DNA from: Octopus vulgaris
Taxonomy: Eukaryota
Length of the DNA: 64,000 nt
NCBI GenBank assembly: GCA_951406725.2
Contig: OX597833.1
Location: forward strand, 67,146,001-67,210,000
Direction of reading: 5' to 3'
Every line of letters begins with the position of its first letter. Position 1 is the stretch's first letter. Both the position numbers and the translations under genes were made by a program. A model generated the notes under the pieces. That model worked only from the letters and a program-made list of their open reading frames with translations, searched no databases and was not told the origin of the DNA. Shown one piece after another: positions 41,661-56,704 of this stretch.

Positions 41661-41712
41661 TACGAAGCTTATATATATATATGTATATATATATACCTCT
41701 TTTAATCGCCTT

Positions 41713-42060
41713 TTTTTTTGTGGAAGGCGCATGGCTCAGTGGTTAGAGCGTCGAGCTTACGATCGTGAGGTTGTGAGCTCGAATCCCGGACCGGGCTGCG
41801 TGTTTTGTTCTTGAGCAAGTCACTTTATTTCACGTTGCTCCAGTTCACTCAGCTGTAGAAACAAGTTGCGACGTCACTGGTGCCAAGCTGTATCGACCTT
41901 TGTCTTTCCCTTGGATAAGACTGGTGGCGTGGAGAGGGGAGGCCGGTATGCATGGGCGACTGCTGGCCTTCCATAAACAACCTTGCCCGGACTTGTGCCT
42001 CAGAGGGTAACTCTCTAGGTGCAAACCCATGGTCACTCATGACCGAAGGGGGTCTTTACC
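41713..42060 (+). mobile_element. SINE group C (head1 + tail2), full length with 14-bp TSD
   Basis: A box TGGCTCAGTGG, B box GAGCTCGAATCCC, ACG at the anticodon position; TSD CTTTTAATCGCCTT at 41699-41712 and 42061-42074. Confidence 0.92.
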
Positions 42061-42639
42061 CTTTTAATCGCCTTATATGGCATGCAGAGGAATGGTTGTG
42101 TCTGCTGCTATTCAAGGAAGCCATTTATGGTTTTCTTGTCTATGGTTTTTGAAAAGAGAAGTACTACTACTATAGCTACCATTAATGATGATTTCTGAAC
42201 TTTAAATGATATGACGGCATAAAAGGAAATGGTTTGCCTCTTGTTGACGTCGGGGATCACGTAGTCCTTATCTGCAGGAATCAATCAGACGTCTTAGATA
42301 TTATTTTCTTTAACACAACTATTGTTTAAGTTTGAAGACTATGAAAAAGTATAGGAAAACGAGTGGCAAATATCGTTAATGTCAACGACAAATATGGCGA
42401 CACATCTCCTACAACAGTAATAAGCCATCCATACGCAAACGGAATTCCGAGGGGAAATCAGCTAACTTTTGCGAAAATTGAGTAAATCACTCGCTCAAAA
42501 AGTTAGTTGAAATCTGCGAACAATTTGTCCAACTGTCGTGAATGAAAGAAGGCCATGTCCATTTGCTAAGAAGCGGGATCGATCTCACGTAAAGAAGGGA
42601 CATTCTCCGATGAAGATGACTTCATCTCTGAGAAGGAAA

Positions 42640-42940
42640 AGGCACTCCGTCGGTTACGACGACGAGGGTTTTAGTAGGTAGCCATCTGTTGAAATTAAGG
42701 AGGAAGTGTTTGAACATTCCACAGGCATGAGTACACGTAACGTAGTTCTTAGAGGGATTCAGGGTAACACGATGTGACAAGGCCTGACCCTTTGAATTAG
42801 AGCTGTCTCATTTTTGCCAGTTGCATGAACTGGAGAAACGGAAAATAAAATGTCTTGCTGAAGGACACAAAGCGCTGTCGGGAATCGAACTCAGGGCTTT
42901 ACGATCCTGAGACGAATACCCTATCGACGAAACCACGCAC
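42640..42940 (-). mobile_element. SINE group C (head1 + tail1), degenerate
   Basis: CACTCCGTCGGTTACGACGACGAGGG...AAGGACACAA...GGGAATCGAACTC. Confidence 0.8.
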
Positions 42941-43757
42941 TTATCTTTCACAAAGAAAGCACAACTCGCCGATGAACCTAAGTTTCTCATTAATTATATT
43001 GGGTGTTCGAGAGTGGGTTGAGGAATTAGAGATTTTTGAGTTTCGCCAAATGGATCGAAAGCGATGCACGTCAGAAAGAAAACGGCTGTAGCATGGGCAG
43101 ATCATGTCCAAGCCCAAATCAATATACAATAGTAGCATTTTCATCTAAATTAAAGATTTTCCATTTAAATATTTCATCAAATCTTTAGTCTTAAATTCCA
43201 AATGAAGAAATATCCCCTCATAAGGTATGGGCAACGTATTGTCTCTCTCCAAAACAGCAGATCCACTTGAAATTTTTTGACGTAGCAGCGTTTCCCCTTG
43301 ACTTTACAACCTGAGTTCAAATACTGTCATCTTTTAAAGTCATTTTTTCAATTTTTCAAGTGTCGATAAAATAAGTACCAATCATACACAAGGGTCGATG
43401 TAATTGCTTAGAAACCCCAAATTAAATGCTTTGTGGCTATTGTCGACAGAGTTATTACCATTATGGCAATCAGTAATATAAATTGTATTTTAGACATTCT
43501 GTCTTTCTGTCATCGGCGTTCTCGTCTCTCAACTCATCAGGTTCGCCTTATTTTCTATTCGAAATAAAACATTGTGTATCATTTATTCTCAGGATACTCG
43601 TATTCGTTTATAAACTAAAACCACAGGCGTAGATGAATAGATATATTCCTTATAATCATAATTATTATGGAGAGGAGAATTGAAAGAATCTTTCGATTCA
43701 ACAAAGCTATAGAAATGATGTATGTACGAAATACTTACAGAAAAATGAACATACCTA

Positions 43758-43806
<49 letters not shown>

Positions 43807-43852
43807 GTATGCATATATATGTATATATATATATATATATATAGATAGATAG

Positions 43853-43938
<86 letters not shown>

Positions 43939-44955
43939 GCATACGTGTATATGTACATATACATACACACAGACGTGTATATTTAAATATACATGCGTAT
44001 ACATAGAGAGACAGAAAGAGTGTGAAATACATAGAGAAGAGCGAAAGAGCAGTGTGAGAGAGAAATAGAGAGAGAGAGAGCGTGTGAGAATGCGAAAGCG
44101 AGATAAAATAAATTAAGTTTTCTCATCTTCTTCATCAACCTCTCATCAGTTCATTAAGAACGTTTTCAAGTGAAGTTTCATCAGATCAGAATATTTGACA
44201 GTTATATGTAATCATCGAATCGATAATTTGATCAGTTTAGAAGTTCAGGATTCGAAAGAGACAACAGACTATTCGATTAGATGTCATGCACAAATCAATT
44301 GGCGTTTCATAGATAATTGTATACAATTTATCATTGTAAACAACAGACGACCAAATGAAAGACAGCCGAAGATAGCCGAAGACTGCGCGGAGTGTGCGGA
44401 GTGTCGAACAAACTGTTTTTGATCTGCCATCTTTTATTTTATTCTCATGGTGGTTATTATTGAATGAGGAGAGGTGCACAACAGCAACAGCAACAACAAC
44501 AACAACAACAACAATATGGCGTATGCGATAATTCTTGGTGTACTTTTATGAGGTTATTCGAACTGAGTAAGTTTAGCAAACATATTTCCTTCACTTTACT
44601 AACGAATTACAAAAAAAAAAAATAAGTGTAAAAACAGAAAAAAACTAAAGAATGTGTAAACGAAGAAAATGAATGGAATTGAAGTTTTTAAGGTGGTTTC
44701 GGATAAAACCCACAGCATCGCATTTTTATGAAAAGCTTTCTCCCAGAGCTTAAGAATGAATTTTGGGGAAGCCCGTCGTGCATACACACACACACATACA
44801 CACACACACACACACGCACAGATATATATACATCAATATAGATATAGATATATATACATCAATGTAGATATAGATGTATATACATCTACATACAGAAACA
44901 ACTACACGCATAGACACATACATATTCCTACCTACCTACACACACATACACACAC

Positions 44956-45105
44956 AATTCTGCCGAGGTCGACTTTGCCTTTCATCCTTTCGGGGTCGAT
45001 AAATAAAGTACCAGTTTCGCACTGGGGACGATATAATCGACTTAATCCTTTTGTCTGTCCTTGTTTGTCCCCTCTATGTTTAGCCCCTTATAGGCAGTAA
45101 AGAAA
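44956..45105 (+). mobile_element. SINE B, 5'-truncated
   Basis: GCCGAGGTCGACTTTGCC...GTAAAGAAATA. Confidence 0.85.
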
Positions 45106-45739
45106 TATATATGTGTATACACGACGGGTCTCCATACAATTTCCGATTACACAATTCTCTTTATAAGAAGACACTCGCTCAAGGTGCCGCCCAGCGTGTC
45201 TGAACCTGATATCACGTGGTTGCAACATCTACTTCTAATCCACAAAGCGTTGCCTGTGTGATATTCCATTATTTAGTTGTGTTCCATACGGTATATGTTT
45301 ATACGGTACATACGAAAGTCGGAATGTCCCTGGATAGATTCCCTATTATTTATCACGTGACATGTTCAATTAGAGATGGGATTTTACAAAATAATAATTG
45401 AAGCGACACCAAATTTGTAAAAATCTTTATTTGAATAAAAAAAAACCTTAGTAAACAAAATTATAAATACAGGACAACGAGGTCTCACGTGCTGCAGAAC
45501 AACAACAGAAATGAATATAAAAGATGAACAAGAAATAACAGCCATCTTGGAATAAAACTGAAAAAGGACATGAAAATAAAAAGAAATTTTGTTTAGTAAT
45601 TAAACTAAAGACTAAAATGTGGAAAGTGAATAAATGTGAAGCTATTTAGTTCTGCAATTCTAGCGATTTTACTAACTTCTCAATATAGTTATTAAAATGA
45701 AAATCTTGGATGATAAGAGGATGTGTATAATAGACATAT

Positions 45740-46952
<1,213 letters not shown>

Positions 46953-47265
46953 AGTGTGTCTGCTGATGATTAATCTCGTTACAAGGGAGACACCCCTTAC
47001 GGGAGAAATGGTTTGTCTTCTTTCTCTCTCTTTTAGACAATTAATTAAAAATAACATACTTTTTTTTCAAGAATTAATACGTCATGTTATAATTTAATTT
47101 CACCTTAAAATTGAAATCCCTCCATATTTGTAGACAGTTTTGAAATGTCTTTGGTATTCCGGTATTTCCAATGATGTTGTTGTTACTGGCAGCGACTAGA
47201 ATAAATATTTATCAGTATTGCTTCATGATATATGCGATTATCTTTCAATATTCTGGGGTTAATAA

Positions 47266-47652
47266 AAGCGGCGAGCTGGCAGAAACGTTAGCAAGCCGGG
47301 CGAAATGCTTAGCAGTATTTCGTCTGCCTTTGCGTTCTGAGTTCAAATTCCACCGAGGTCGATTTTGCCTTTCATCTTTTCATCCTTTCATCTTTTCGAG
47401 GTCGATAAAATAAGTACCAGTTACGCACTGGGGTCGATATAATCGACTTAATCCGTTTGTTTGTCCTTGTTTGTCTTCTCTCTGTTTAGCCCCTTGTGGG
47501 TAGTAAAGAAACAGGTTTTTCGTATGTCGTTACGTTCTGAGTTCAAATTCCGCCAAGGTCGACTTTATGTTTCATCCTTTCGAGGTCGATTTGCTTTCTG
47601 GTGTCGATCTAATCGATTGCCCGCCAACCCTTGTGGCTAGAGTAGAAAAGAA
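47266..47652 (+). mobile_element. SINE B full copy plus second unit with the older tail
   Basis: Tail AAAGAAACAGG is joined to TTTTTCGTATG at ~47515; the second unit ends CCTTGTGGCTAGAGTAGAAAAGAAT. Confidence 0.88.
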
Positions 47653-47718
47653 TAATCCAGGGTAAATGAAATAAATTACGAGTCGAAGTAGTGGAGTTCA
47701 TGCAATTATAGAATCAGT

Positions 47719-47883
47719 AGGCGCAGGAGTGGCTGTGTGGTAAGTAGCTTGCTAACCAACCACATGGTTCCGGTTCAGTCCCACTGCGTGGCATCTTGGG
47801 CAAGTGTCTTCCGCTATGGCTTCGGGCCGACCAATGCCTTGTGAGTGGATTTGGTAGACGGAAACTGAAAGAAGCCTGTCGTA

Positions 47884-47954
<71 letters not shown>

Positions 47955-48172
47955 ATGTGTTTGTGTGTCTGTGTTTGTCCCCCTTAGCATTGCTTGACAA
48001 CCGATGCTGTTGTGTTTACGTCCCCGTCACTTAGCGGTTCGGCAAAAGAGACCAATAGAATAAGTACTGGGCTTACAAAGAATAAGTCCCGGGGGCGATT
48101 TTTGCTCGACTAAAGGCGGTGCTCCAGCATGGCCGCAGTCAAATGACTGAAACAAGTAAAAGAGTAAAAGAG
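47719..48172 (+). mobile_element. SINE family A, full length with expanded internal (TA)n
   Basis: AGGCGCAGG...GTAAAAGAGTAAAAGAG. Confidence 0.92.
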
Positions 48173-48294
48173 AGAGAGAGAGAGAGAGAGTCAGAATTAA
48201 TCAGACGAAGCTGGATCGTTGAACTGCATACCGTATATGTCCTGGAAGTGTTTTATTCGATTGCGAAATGATATTAAATACTCCCTGTATACAT

Positions 48295-48350
<56 letters not shown>

Positions 48351-49249
48351 ACGTCAGACAGTATATATGATAGTATGTTAGTGTCAGTCTATTACATTCA
48401 CTCATATGATATCGATTGGCCGACGGTTATATTAGAAGTGTCTTGTCAGGTGGCCACAAAGTGAGACAGAATCTGGAATGCCCATTTTCAAAGCGAGCTT
48501 GTTAACCACACAGCCATACCGAAGCTCACGATAATTCTTCACACTTCTAGCAGAATATTAGTAAACAAGTCTAATCGAAGAATTATACGTAATTTTAAAT
48601 TCTATGAAAGGTCAAACAACACAGAAACTACTCACTGGAAAGTACTGTAATCTCTATTTCTCTTTCTTGATATTATATTTAGTTTAGGTCATCCATATCT
48701 TGCAGGGAAGCAGCAGTTCACCGACTGAAATTGAAATTTAGATTGATGTTTTCTAATCTTTTCTTTCATTGGTGGACTTTGAAAAATGAAATTTCATCTC
48801 GTCTGACTTTATCGCTCATCCCTCCGGGACAAGAAGAAGCGCTAGCACCGTGTTAGTGTCAACGGCTACCAATATACTCTTCCTGCTTGATTTTTGTTCT
48901 TTGTGAGGAGACGACTCGTTGCAACGAATTCGCATCGATTTTTATTCATATTTTCTCTGTCTTACATTCTAGTTCTAACATAGCATCTTCGGCACACGGT
49001 GCTGTGTGATTTCAATCAATGATTTATGATAAATAATAATGGTTCGCGACAAATTTTTCCAACTCTATGATATCTACTTGTGTGTTTTGCGATGCGTTTC
49101 ACAACACCACGTCAATAATCTATGTCGCACATTGAGCTTTCTTAGATCCTCATATTCTAAGTGTATCTTACGTACCCTGGACATTACATCCGTTGAGCGT
49201 GACTCCACCACTGAAAACAAGGTAAAGTTACATTCTCGAATCATACCGA

Positions 49250-49700
49250 CTCATAAGATCCGTCTCCCTGCTTCCATAGCGTAGAAATTCCCCACCTGGA
49301 CGGGACGCCGAACTGTCGCAGGATTCTTCATTTTTGCCAGATGAGTGGACTGGCGCAAAATAAAATGAAGTGTTTTGCTCAAGAACACAACGTCTCCGCC
49401 CAATCCAGAAGACGAAACTACAATCTTACGATTATGAGTCTAGCTCACTAACGACTTAGCCAAGCGCCTCCACTATTCCACCTTTTGGTCAGTCCACATT
49501 ACTACGCAAGAATCATAGGGTGTCCTGGTTTCTCTCGCCAACATATATTCCTCCCTGGACGAGATACCCGTCTGCCGCAGAATTATTCATTTTTATCAGC
49601 TGGTTGGACTGGAGAACTTGAAAATGAAGTGTTTTGCTTAAGAACACAACGCATGACCTGGTCCAGGAATCGAAACCACAACCTTACAATCGTGGATCCA
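49250..49700 (-). mobile_element. Two adjacent degenerate SINE C (head1 + tail3) copies (49250-49472 and 49515-49700)
   Basis: CCTGGACGGGA...CGCAG...CATTTTT...AATGAAGTGTTTTGCT.AAGAACACAACG occurs twice. Confidence 0.75.
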
Positions 49701-49786
49701 ACACAGTAATCCACATCTTGCGATGTAGACAGCTCCAAATTTTAATATATTATTCACACATCAAATTAGCCTCGTTTCATTAACTG

Positions 49787-50172
49787 GATGGAAGCACTCC
49801 GTCGGTTACGACGACGAGGGTTCCGGTTGATCCGATCAACGGAACAGCCTGCTCGTGAAATTAACGTATAAGTGGCTGAGCATTCCACAGACACGTGTAC
49901 CCTTAACGTAGTTCTCGGGGAAATTCAGCGTGACACAGAGAGTGACAAGACCGGCCCTTTGAAATACAGGTACAACAGAAACAGGAAGAAAGAGTGAGAG
50001 AAATTTGTGGTGAAAGAGTACAGCAGGGATCACCACCATCCCCTGCCGGAGCCTCGTGGAGCTTTAGGTATTTTCGCTCAATAAACACTCACAACGCCCG
50101 GTCTGGGAATCGAAACCGCGATCCTACGACCGCGAGTCCGCTGCCCTAACCACTGGGCCATTGCACCTCCAC
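49787..50172 (-). mobile_element. SINE group C (head2 + tail1), full length with 12-bp TSD
   Basis: A different tRNA head and body (TGGCCCAGTGG; GGTTTCGATTCCC) joined to the same tail as the 14443 copy; TSD TTTCATTAACTG at 49775-49786 and 50173-50184. Confidence 0.92.
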
Positions 50173-50410
50173 TTTCATTAACTGCAGACCAGACAAAAGC
50201 AATTCTAAATGTCCTAACGACTTATCAGCAGCAATGTGACATTAGACTTTAAAAGCAAGAACATAAAGACGAAAATAATTCCTTGAAAATATTAAACACG
50301 AATATGATCGCCCCTTTAATACAACGCACTCACGCAAACGCACGTTTGTACATGTATTTAGAAAATATATGTGCGTGTATATATGCAGGTATTATGTGTG
50401 TATGTATCTT

Positions 50411-50461
<51 letters not shown>

Positions 50462-50532
50462 CTATATCTATATCTATCTATCTTTCTATCTATTTATCTA
50501 TATATATATATACACACACATATATCTATATC

Positions 50533-50598
<66 letters not shown>

Positions 50599-51645
50599 GA
50601 TATATATACATATATATACATAAAAAAATATATATACATATACCTATATACTCATATGTATATATGTATATATATATTTACATATATATATGCATGTGTA
50701 CATTCGTATATATGTGTGGGGGTGTATGTGTATGTGTGTCTATGTGTATCTATATATACAGTTACACCAACTGAAAGAGTAAAATGAAAGATTGTACGGT
50801 ATTCAGAGAAAGAGTAGGAGAATGAGACTGAGAGATACAGAGACAGAGTGACTGAAAGAGAGAGAGAGAGAGAGAGAGAGAATAGAAAAAAACTGATAGA
50901 TACAGAGACAGAGGGAGTGAGAGAGAGAGAGAGAGAGAGAGGGAAGGAGAGAGATCATCAATGATATTTTTTCGTATGACTGACAATTTTATAAATTTCT
51001 AGTTTTTTTTCAACTTCAGTATATTTTCTATGTATATATTTATTTTACGTCAATTTATATAATTTTTTTACATTGAGTTCCATGACACTATATACTCTCA
51101 CAGAATACTCTGTCAAAATGGCCGAACATTTTTTTTTTTGTATTTCTCTTTTCTTCGCACGAAAATGCTACAGGCGATTAGTTATCTGTATAGTTAGAAA
51201 AGCATTAGAGGATAAATAATTCATATTCAACGCTTAAATAGATATCTTGATTTCTTTATTTGTTCTTGTTTCAATTTTTCATTTCTTCATTTCTTTCGCA
51301 AATCAACCAATATCCACACACAGACCTCGGCAGTCCTCTGCTCAGCTTAAAGTGTGCAGAAGAGACATATTTAACTTTAGTTCAGTACGCAAAGATCGAT
51401 TTGTTTAATTTTACGAATTGTAATATTTATCAAGAATGAATATCAAATATACATACGTACGTTACGTACACACATGCACGCATACATATCTGTATAAAAC
51501 TGAAATGTATGACACGAAACCAAAGAAGTTCGAAATTCCACTTCAATATCCAGTGGAGTACGATGTATGGCATGACTTTTCGTCACTGGAAAATGGATAT
51601 ATCTGTTTGCATTGTGAACCCTTCGCATCGAAGAGCGGTGATTGT

Positions 51646-51690
51646 CGTGCGCTGACGACGGGTAAATACGCAGAAACTCGGGTCCGTTCG
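51646..51690 (+). ncRNA. Type-I hammerhead ribozyme motif at the start of repeat family E
   Basis: CGUGCG-CUGACGA-CGGGUA(AA)UACGCA-GAAAC-UCGG-GUC-CGUUCG: intact core, helix I 5 of 6 pairs, imperfect helix II. The homolog at 62451-62462 has the perfect palindrome ACCCGGGU. Confidence 0.65.
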
Positions 51691-51860
51691 TATCACGTCA
51701 GGTCGACGACGGGAAGGATGGCTTCCCTTTGCAAATACTGATAGGGCACAGAACGTGTGTCATTAGCCAGCTGGAGAAGATGATCTCCTGGGGCTACAAG
51801 CTACAGTAGCTTCCACCCTTAGGGGTTAGCCACATTTAAATGGCATATATTCTTCACACT
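51646..51860 (+). mobile_element. Dispersed repeat family E, longest copy
   Basis: Homology to 1910-2065 and 62352-62470. Confidence 0.8.
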
Positions 51861-51907
51861 GTCGTGCAGCTACACTTTACACCTCGTTCAGAGATTTATT
51901 ATTACTT

Positions 51908-51962
<55 letters not shown>

Positions 51963-51999
51963 AAGGAATTAAAAGTAGTGTTATGACACTTTGTAATAA

Positions 52000-52612
52000 T
52001 CATTATTCTTGTTATTATTATTCTTATATGACAACTCAGCATATTTTGCTGTGTATGACGTAGTGTCAGCTTTCTGCAGCCAGCACACTAAATTATACGA
52101 ATCGATCTTTGCGTACTGAACTAAAGTTAAATCTGTTTCTTGCTTTCTGGTTATGTTCCAAGAACCCTGCGAAGAATTCTTGAAGTTCCAAGCAATGCTG
52201 ATTTTTGTAGGTGTTCTACCTCTACACTTGCACCGATCTATTTCAGCCATGCTGGTAGTTGAGTGCTGATACTTAAATGTCCACTAGTTATTATTGGGTT
52301 TACGTCCATTCATTGACCGCAACCTTCGTATTTCCCACTTCAAATCATCATAGTTGTTTATTTTTTCTCCTTCTTTCACATTGATCCTGTTGTCACCGGA
52401 GTTTGTTATGTCGATTATCATACATGTTCTTTCATTTTTATTCACCACAACAAAGTCCTGTTTCCGATGTCTGGTCGTGTGAACGTACTGAATATTTGCA
52501 TCCAACACGATTTTGCAGTTCTCATTTTCAGTGAAACCTGGAGTTTTCTCATACCACTTCTTTGCACTTTGTAGGACGTGATTTCCACAGAGCTCCCAAT
52601 GGACCATTCTTG
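52000..52612 (-). pseudogene. 3' end of an R4/Dong-type non-LTR retrotransposon (restriction-like endonuclease domain, 3' UTR, TAA-type tail)
   Basis: VHWELC..KKWYE..ENENCKIVLD.NIQ...RKQDFVVVNKNERTCMIIDI...KEGEKINNYDDLKWEIRRL matches the R-PD-(D/E) RLE pattern. The frameshifted continuation reads HLQKSALLGTSRILRRVL, and the element ends in a degenerate (TAA)n. Confidence 0.85.
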
Positions 52613-52822
52613 AGCGAGCTGGCAAAATCGGTAGCGCACTGGAGGAAATGCTTAATGGCATTTCGCCCGTCGCTACGTTCTGAGTTCAAATTCCGCCATA
52701 ATCGACTTTGCCTTTCATCCCTCCGGGGTCGATGAATTTAGTACCAGTTGAATACTGGGATCGATGTAATACACATATCCCCTGCCTCATATCTGTTGCC
52801 CCTGTGATAAAATTTGAAACCA
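52613..52822 (+). mobile_element. SINE B, older subfamily, abutting the LINE fragment
   Basis: GCGAGCTGGCAAAATCG...GAGTTCAAATTCCGCC...AAAATTTGAAACC. Confidence 0.85.
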
Positions 52823-53929
52823 TTATAATTATTATTGATATTATGAAACTCAGGAAACCTACATAGTGATGATAATATATTCAGAATTATCCAACGGTAT
52901 ATATCTCTAAATTCTTATCGGATGTGATCAACCTGAAGAGGTATTCCATCCAGTGAGAGATAAATATTATTTAATGAAGACGGATTTAAAATAGGAAATA
53001 CTAATGATTTTTAGTTATGGAGACTCGCTAGTTAGGCAGATTCTATAATGTTTATTGTGCCTTCAGACAGTCTTTCAGAGTCAAGCCATATAGTTAGTCC
53101 TATTTAAAAACCCGGGCGGTGGGATTTGTGAAACCACGAGAAAATTTTTAATAATGAGGATGTAGATGCAAAATTTGGAATGAGAAAAAAAGGGTGAATG
53201 AAAGCAGAAAAATAAGGGAAAGAAACTTGCGTCCCTTTGATTATATAGTCGGGGTAGAATAATTCAATGTTGATAAATCGAAAGTCTGTGAGACAGCTGT
53301 TTGATCTGGAGAAGGTGGTGGTCTCTAGTTCGACAAAAGAAATTTTTCCATGTGTTTGCATTTGCTGAAAATTTGGGATCTAGAGTTAAGTAGGGTGGTA
53401 GAATTCTTAGATTTACAAAGAACATGCAATCTTTCAGCTATGCTTAAGTTGCATGTTTTTGATGCACTTATATATGGCAGAGATATATCCACGATTTTCT
53501 ACTTGATTTTATGTGCAGGTGTGCAGCCTTCCATGAGCTCTGGGTCGAATTTATCCTTTTCAATGAAACTTGATATACTGAGTCTGTTTGAGATTCGGGA
53601 TGACGGACTCTCCCTCGAATTTAGACGTCAAGATTTTCGTCAAGTTAATCGCACCACAGATTTAATTTAAAGCCAACATTTTATGTAGTTTAATCAGCAA
53701 CTCATACCTTCGTTTATTCAATAGGCCAGGAATTCAGACGAGTGAGAGAGTAAATAATTACCACCAAATGCTTTCCAGCATATAGAGCAAATAACACTCT
53801 TCTAACAGTCGAAACTGATGAACAACCATGGATATTTTGTTTATATATTGATCGTTGCTGGCGATGAAACTATACCAAGCTTAGCAGAATCCATGACATC
53901 ATATTCAGTCTCTTGCCGGAAGCTATTTA

Positions 53930-53966
<37 letters not shown>

Positions 53967-54159
53967 TAGTAATGACGTTAGTGATGATACAATTGTTTCG
54001 ATGTCATTTGCTATTTAATCCATTATCGATAATTCAGTTGTCGTATATGCGTGGCCAATACAAAAGGCTTAAAAAGATTAACAGTCAATTTTATGGCGAC
54101 AGAATTGTTTGGATAGAAATTATGTTGGATTCATGTGTTGCTGGATACAAATTAATTAT

Positions 54160-54560
54160 ATGTATGTATGTAAGTATTATGTATGTATGTATGTATGTAT
54201 GTATGTATGTATGTATGTATCTATGTATGTATGTATGTATGTATGTATGTATGTATGTATGTATGTATGAATGTGTGTATGTATGTATGTATCTTTGTAT
54301 GTATGAATGTGTGTATGTATGTATGTATGTATGTATGAATGTGTGTATGTATGTATGTATGTATGTATGTATCTTTGTATGTATGTATGTATGTATGTAT
54401 GAATGTGTGTATGTATGTATGTATGTATATATGTATGCATGCATGTATGTATGTATGTATATATGAATGTATGTATGTGTGCCTGCATGTATGTATGTAT
54501 GTATGTATGTATGTATGTATGTATGTATGTATGTATGTATGTATGTATGTATGTGTGTGT
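54160..54560 (+). repeat. (TATG)n microsatellite with duplicated variant blocks
   Basis: Direct reading; GAATGTGTG and ATCTTTG variants recur. Confidence 0.95.
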
Positions 54561-54659
54561 ATTTATGTATATACAAATTATTTATATGCAAGTATATATG
54601 TGTGTGAGTGTGTGTATGTGTGTGTGTGTGTATAATTATTTATATTCGTATGTACGTAA

Positions 54660-54785
54660 AGGCGCGTGGCTTGGTGGTTAGTGCGTGGCACTCCCGAACT
54701 AGCGATGTTGAATTCGATCTTCAATCCAAGTGGAGCATCGTGTTGTTTAGCAAAACACTTCCTTTCACGTTGCTCTAATTCATTC
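54660..54785 (+). mobile_element. SINE C head, degenerate
   Basis: GGCGCGTGGCTTGGTGGTTAG...AATTCGATC...AGCAAAACACTT...CACGTTGCTC. Confidence 0.7.
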
Positions 54786-55034
54786 AGCGACGTCTCTGTT
54801 TCCGGCCGAAAGGCATGTTGAGCCGGTAAAGTGGTGTTGTTCGAGAGATGAAATGATGGTAGGCGCATTGTGATTGGCATCGTATTGCAACATCGGACAG
54901 TCGGTCACATGAGACGTAAATCCTTGAAGTTTGTAAAACAGGTGGCAGCCAGTACGCCTTTGTACGAAATGGTTGATTTTCTATTCGCTACAGAACATTC
55001 ACTGTATACATTCTTTCGATATTATGTATATATG

Positions 55035-55107
<73 letters not shown>

Positions 55108-55221
55108 ACATACATATGTACATAGACGTATATATGTGTATGTATATATACATTTATATGAGTGTATATACAGATTTATATAGATAAATTTGTATATATA
55201 TAAATCTGCATAAATATATAA

Positions 55222-55355
55222 AACTTCAATTATCCGCGCTAAGGCACGGTTGCGACACCCCATGGTCGTAACTTCAACCGTGTTTTTTCTGTTGTGATTT
55301 TTGCTACCCAGGTATCGGTTAAATTTTGAATAATCCGTAACAAGATAATTCATTT
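55222..55355 (+). mobile_element. Dispersed repeat family F, 3' part ending near (TA)n
   Basis: Reverse complement of 29660-29797. Confidence 0.75.
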
Positions 55356-55399
55356 ATCCATTTCAATATATATATATATATATATATATATACTTGTAT

Positions 55400-55526
<127 letters not shown>

Positions 55527-55770
55527 TGTGTGTATGTATGCACGTGTGTGTGCATTAGTCTTTATTGGTGGCAACGCATCATAATTTCACCGCCAGCAAT
55601 TTCATCCAATTCCATTTTAAGATGGCAATAATACCTGCGCACTACAACGATATATGTTCTTTTCTCAACGGTATTCCTTGCATTCAGTCATTTATACCGT
55701 CACAGAAACGCCATATTTTAATTAGAGTGGTTATGCAGACTTAAACAACACATTTCCATATTCTCGTATC

Positions 55771-55814
<44 letters not shown>

Positions 55815-55823
55815 TATATATAT

Positions 55824-55878
<55 letters not shown>

Positions 55879-55918
55879 ATATACACATTCTCATGTACAC
55901 ACATACATATTTACGTAC

Positions 55919-55962
<44 letters not shown>

Positions 55963-56704
55963 GTGTGTGTTTGCGAGCGCTTCCTGTTCTTCTTATGATT
56001 TTGTCTCCCGTGTATTTCCTTGAAATAAATCCATGTTCAAACGTTCCAGTTTTGATCATCCCACTACAGGTTTCACCTGATTGCATATTATAGTAATATA
56101 TTACCGCGTACCTAGTCTTGCGTGACCCAAGATGTTATTCGAGGATGATTTAACTGCTATTTCTATGACTAAGTCAGGCCTCTTTGTAGGCACATTATAG
56201 TTTTCTATGATTCACCAGCGATAGTCTAACACCATTTGATTTTCTGTATACGATTATCATTTCTCAAAGCTTTCGAAATTTATATTCTTCTAAATATTTA
56301 TCATGTTAATTGACATATATCTAGAAGACAAATATTTTGAAGAATATCAAGTTATCCACTGATAACACCCCCCGGGGGATACTCATCTTTGCATATGTCA
56401 TGTTAATATTCACTTGTAATCCTTAAGGGAGGAATCGTGTGATAAAATAATGTATTCCAAAGTATTCTTTCGGAGTTCCTTTCCTGCTTACCATTATAAA
56501 ATATGTTGGAATCTAGCTATTACTTTAACACCATTCAGGATATTTGTGATTCAGCTTCGTTTTCGACACCTACTGCTATGCAACTGTTGATTCGTATGAC
56601 CTGGTTCCATATATTATAGACCTATCCATGAGTCGGAAGTGCCCAGTAAAATTTTCTCATCATCTACGTAGCTTTAATCTTCTTGGCATGTCACGCCACA
56701 TGTT

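Noticed and set aside
43495-43545. Minus-strand CUGAUGA-GUU(GAGA)GAC-GAGAAC
   Set aside because: GAAA is interrupted, and there is no cleavage triplet or helix I.
44150-44192. Minus-strand CUGAUGA...GAAAACGUU
   Set aside because: No credible helix II or helix I.
55240-55287. TAAGGCAC (miR-124 seed) at the start of a hairpin
   Set aside because: Only the seed region matches, it is on the 5' arm, and the hairpin belongs to repeat family F.
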